NCBI GenBank assembly: GCA_963716745.1
Contig: OY970320.1
Location: 2,656,001-2,720,000 of the forward strand
Source: an uncultured Gemmatimonadaceae bacterium
Lineage (GTDB): Bacteria; Gemmatimonadota; Gemmatimonadetes; Gemmatimonadales; Gemmatimonadaceae
Reading direction: 5' to 3'
DNA: 64,000 bases
In this document: positions 63,300 to 64,000 of the stretch, piece after piece
Position numbering within the stretch: position 1 is the stretch's first letter
Layout: the number at the start of each line of letters is the position of its first letter
Program-made: the position numbers and the translations under genes
The notes under the pieces: model-generated
Seen by the model: only the letters and a program-made list of their open reading frames with translations
Database searches by the model: none
What the model was told of the DNA's origin: nothing

Positions 63300-63983
63300 G
63301 TGTTCTCGGAACTCGTCGAATCGCTCCGCTGCGTGCGCGCGCACGAGCCCACCGGGCTCGTCGCGATCGCGTTCAAGACGGTGGAGCGTGACATCGTGAG
63401 CGGATCGCTCGGCTGTCCGCATTGCAAGACGACGTACCCGATCGACGGCGCGGTCGCAGATTTCCGCTCGGGCGGCGAGGGCGTGCCGCTCGCGCCGCCC
63501 AAGACTCACCCGGCGGACGAACTCGCGCTGCGCGCCGGCGCGTTGCTCGGGCTCGCCGAGCCCGGCGGCACGGTGGTGCTCGCCGGCGCGTGGGCCGAAT
63601 GCGCGCCCGAGATCGCGGGGATCGCCGAGCCGGTGCGCGTGCTGGCGCTGGACGCGCCGGGTGGGATCGCGAGCGGCGCGGGCGTGTCGCTCGCGCGCAC
63701 GGCGGGCGAGATCCCGCTGCTGGCCGGCAAGGCGCGCGGCATCGCGCTCGACGCGGCGCACGCGAGCGCGAGTTATTTGGCGAGCGCGGCCGCCGCGGTG
63801 AGCGCGCGCGGCCGGCTCGTGGCGCCGGTGTCGGCGCCGGTGCCGGAAGGGTTCACCGAGCTCGCGCGCGACGCGCGCGACTGGGTGGCGGAGAAGTTGC
63901 CGGTGGAGACCGTGGTGCCGCTCGCGCGCGCACCGCGGCGCGGCGCGGGCGCCGCGGGTCAGTCGCCCGCGTCGCCCGAGTAG
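63300..63983 (+). CDS. Trm112-like zinc-finger domain fused to a degenerate methyltransferase-like region
   Basis: ESLRCVRAH...GSLGCPHCKTTYPIDGAVADF; no clear GxGxG SAM motif. Confidence 0.6.
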   Translation: MFSELVESLRCVRAHEPTGLVAIAFKTVERDIVSGSLGCPHCKTTYPIDGAVADFRSGGEGVPLAPPKTHPADELALRAGALLGLAEPGGTVVLAGAWAECAPEIAGIAEPVRVLALDAPGGIASGAGVSLARTAGEIPLLAGKARGIALDAAHASASYLASAAAAVSARGRLVAPVSAPVPEGFTELARDARDWVAEKLPVETVVPLARAPRRGAGAAGQSPASPE

Positions 63984-64000
63984 AGCGAGTCGACGAGCGC

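Noticed and set aside
63959..64000. 3' end of a minus-strand gene (…ALVDSLYSGDAGD*)
   Set aside because: Only 13 codons are visible; too short to call.

Overview
High-GC bacterial chromosome segment; gene content and style suggest Gemmatimonadota (inference). Many clearly conserved genes are split by single-base indels, most likely uncorrected long-read errors, so I rebuilt gene models across frames. The standout is 3185-15364: a complete ccmABCDEFGH cytochrome c maturation operon followed by four genes. These are a ~9-heme lipoprotein cytochrome with an OmcB-like C-terminus, a membrane-anchored NapC/NirT-like protein extended to ~20 hemes, an outer-membrane beta-barrel and a 16-heme periplasmic cytochrome. 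Together they form a candidate quinone-pool-to-cell-surface porin-cytochrome electron conduit with ~45 heme motifs. The rest is mostly housekeeping: lipA-pdhABC-lpdA-lipB, a peptide ABC transporter, a POT transporter, a lipoate ligase, gcvP/gcvH, coaE, tdk, sbcDC, folE and peptidases. There is also a degenerate DEAD-box protein, a lower-GC flavin monooxygenase and a probable 6S RNA. Non-coding structure is rich: a 20-nt REP-like family that supplies the stop codons of two genes, heptamer-repeat hairpins (one apparently recruited into pdhC), a ~475-bp inverted-repeat element and two AT-rich palindromes.
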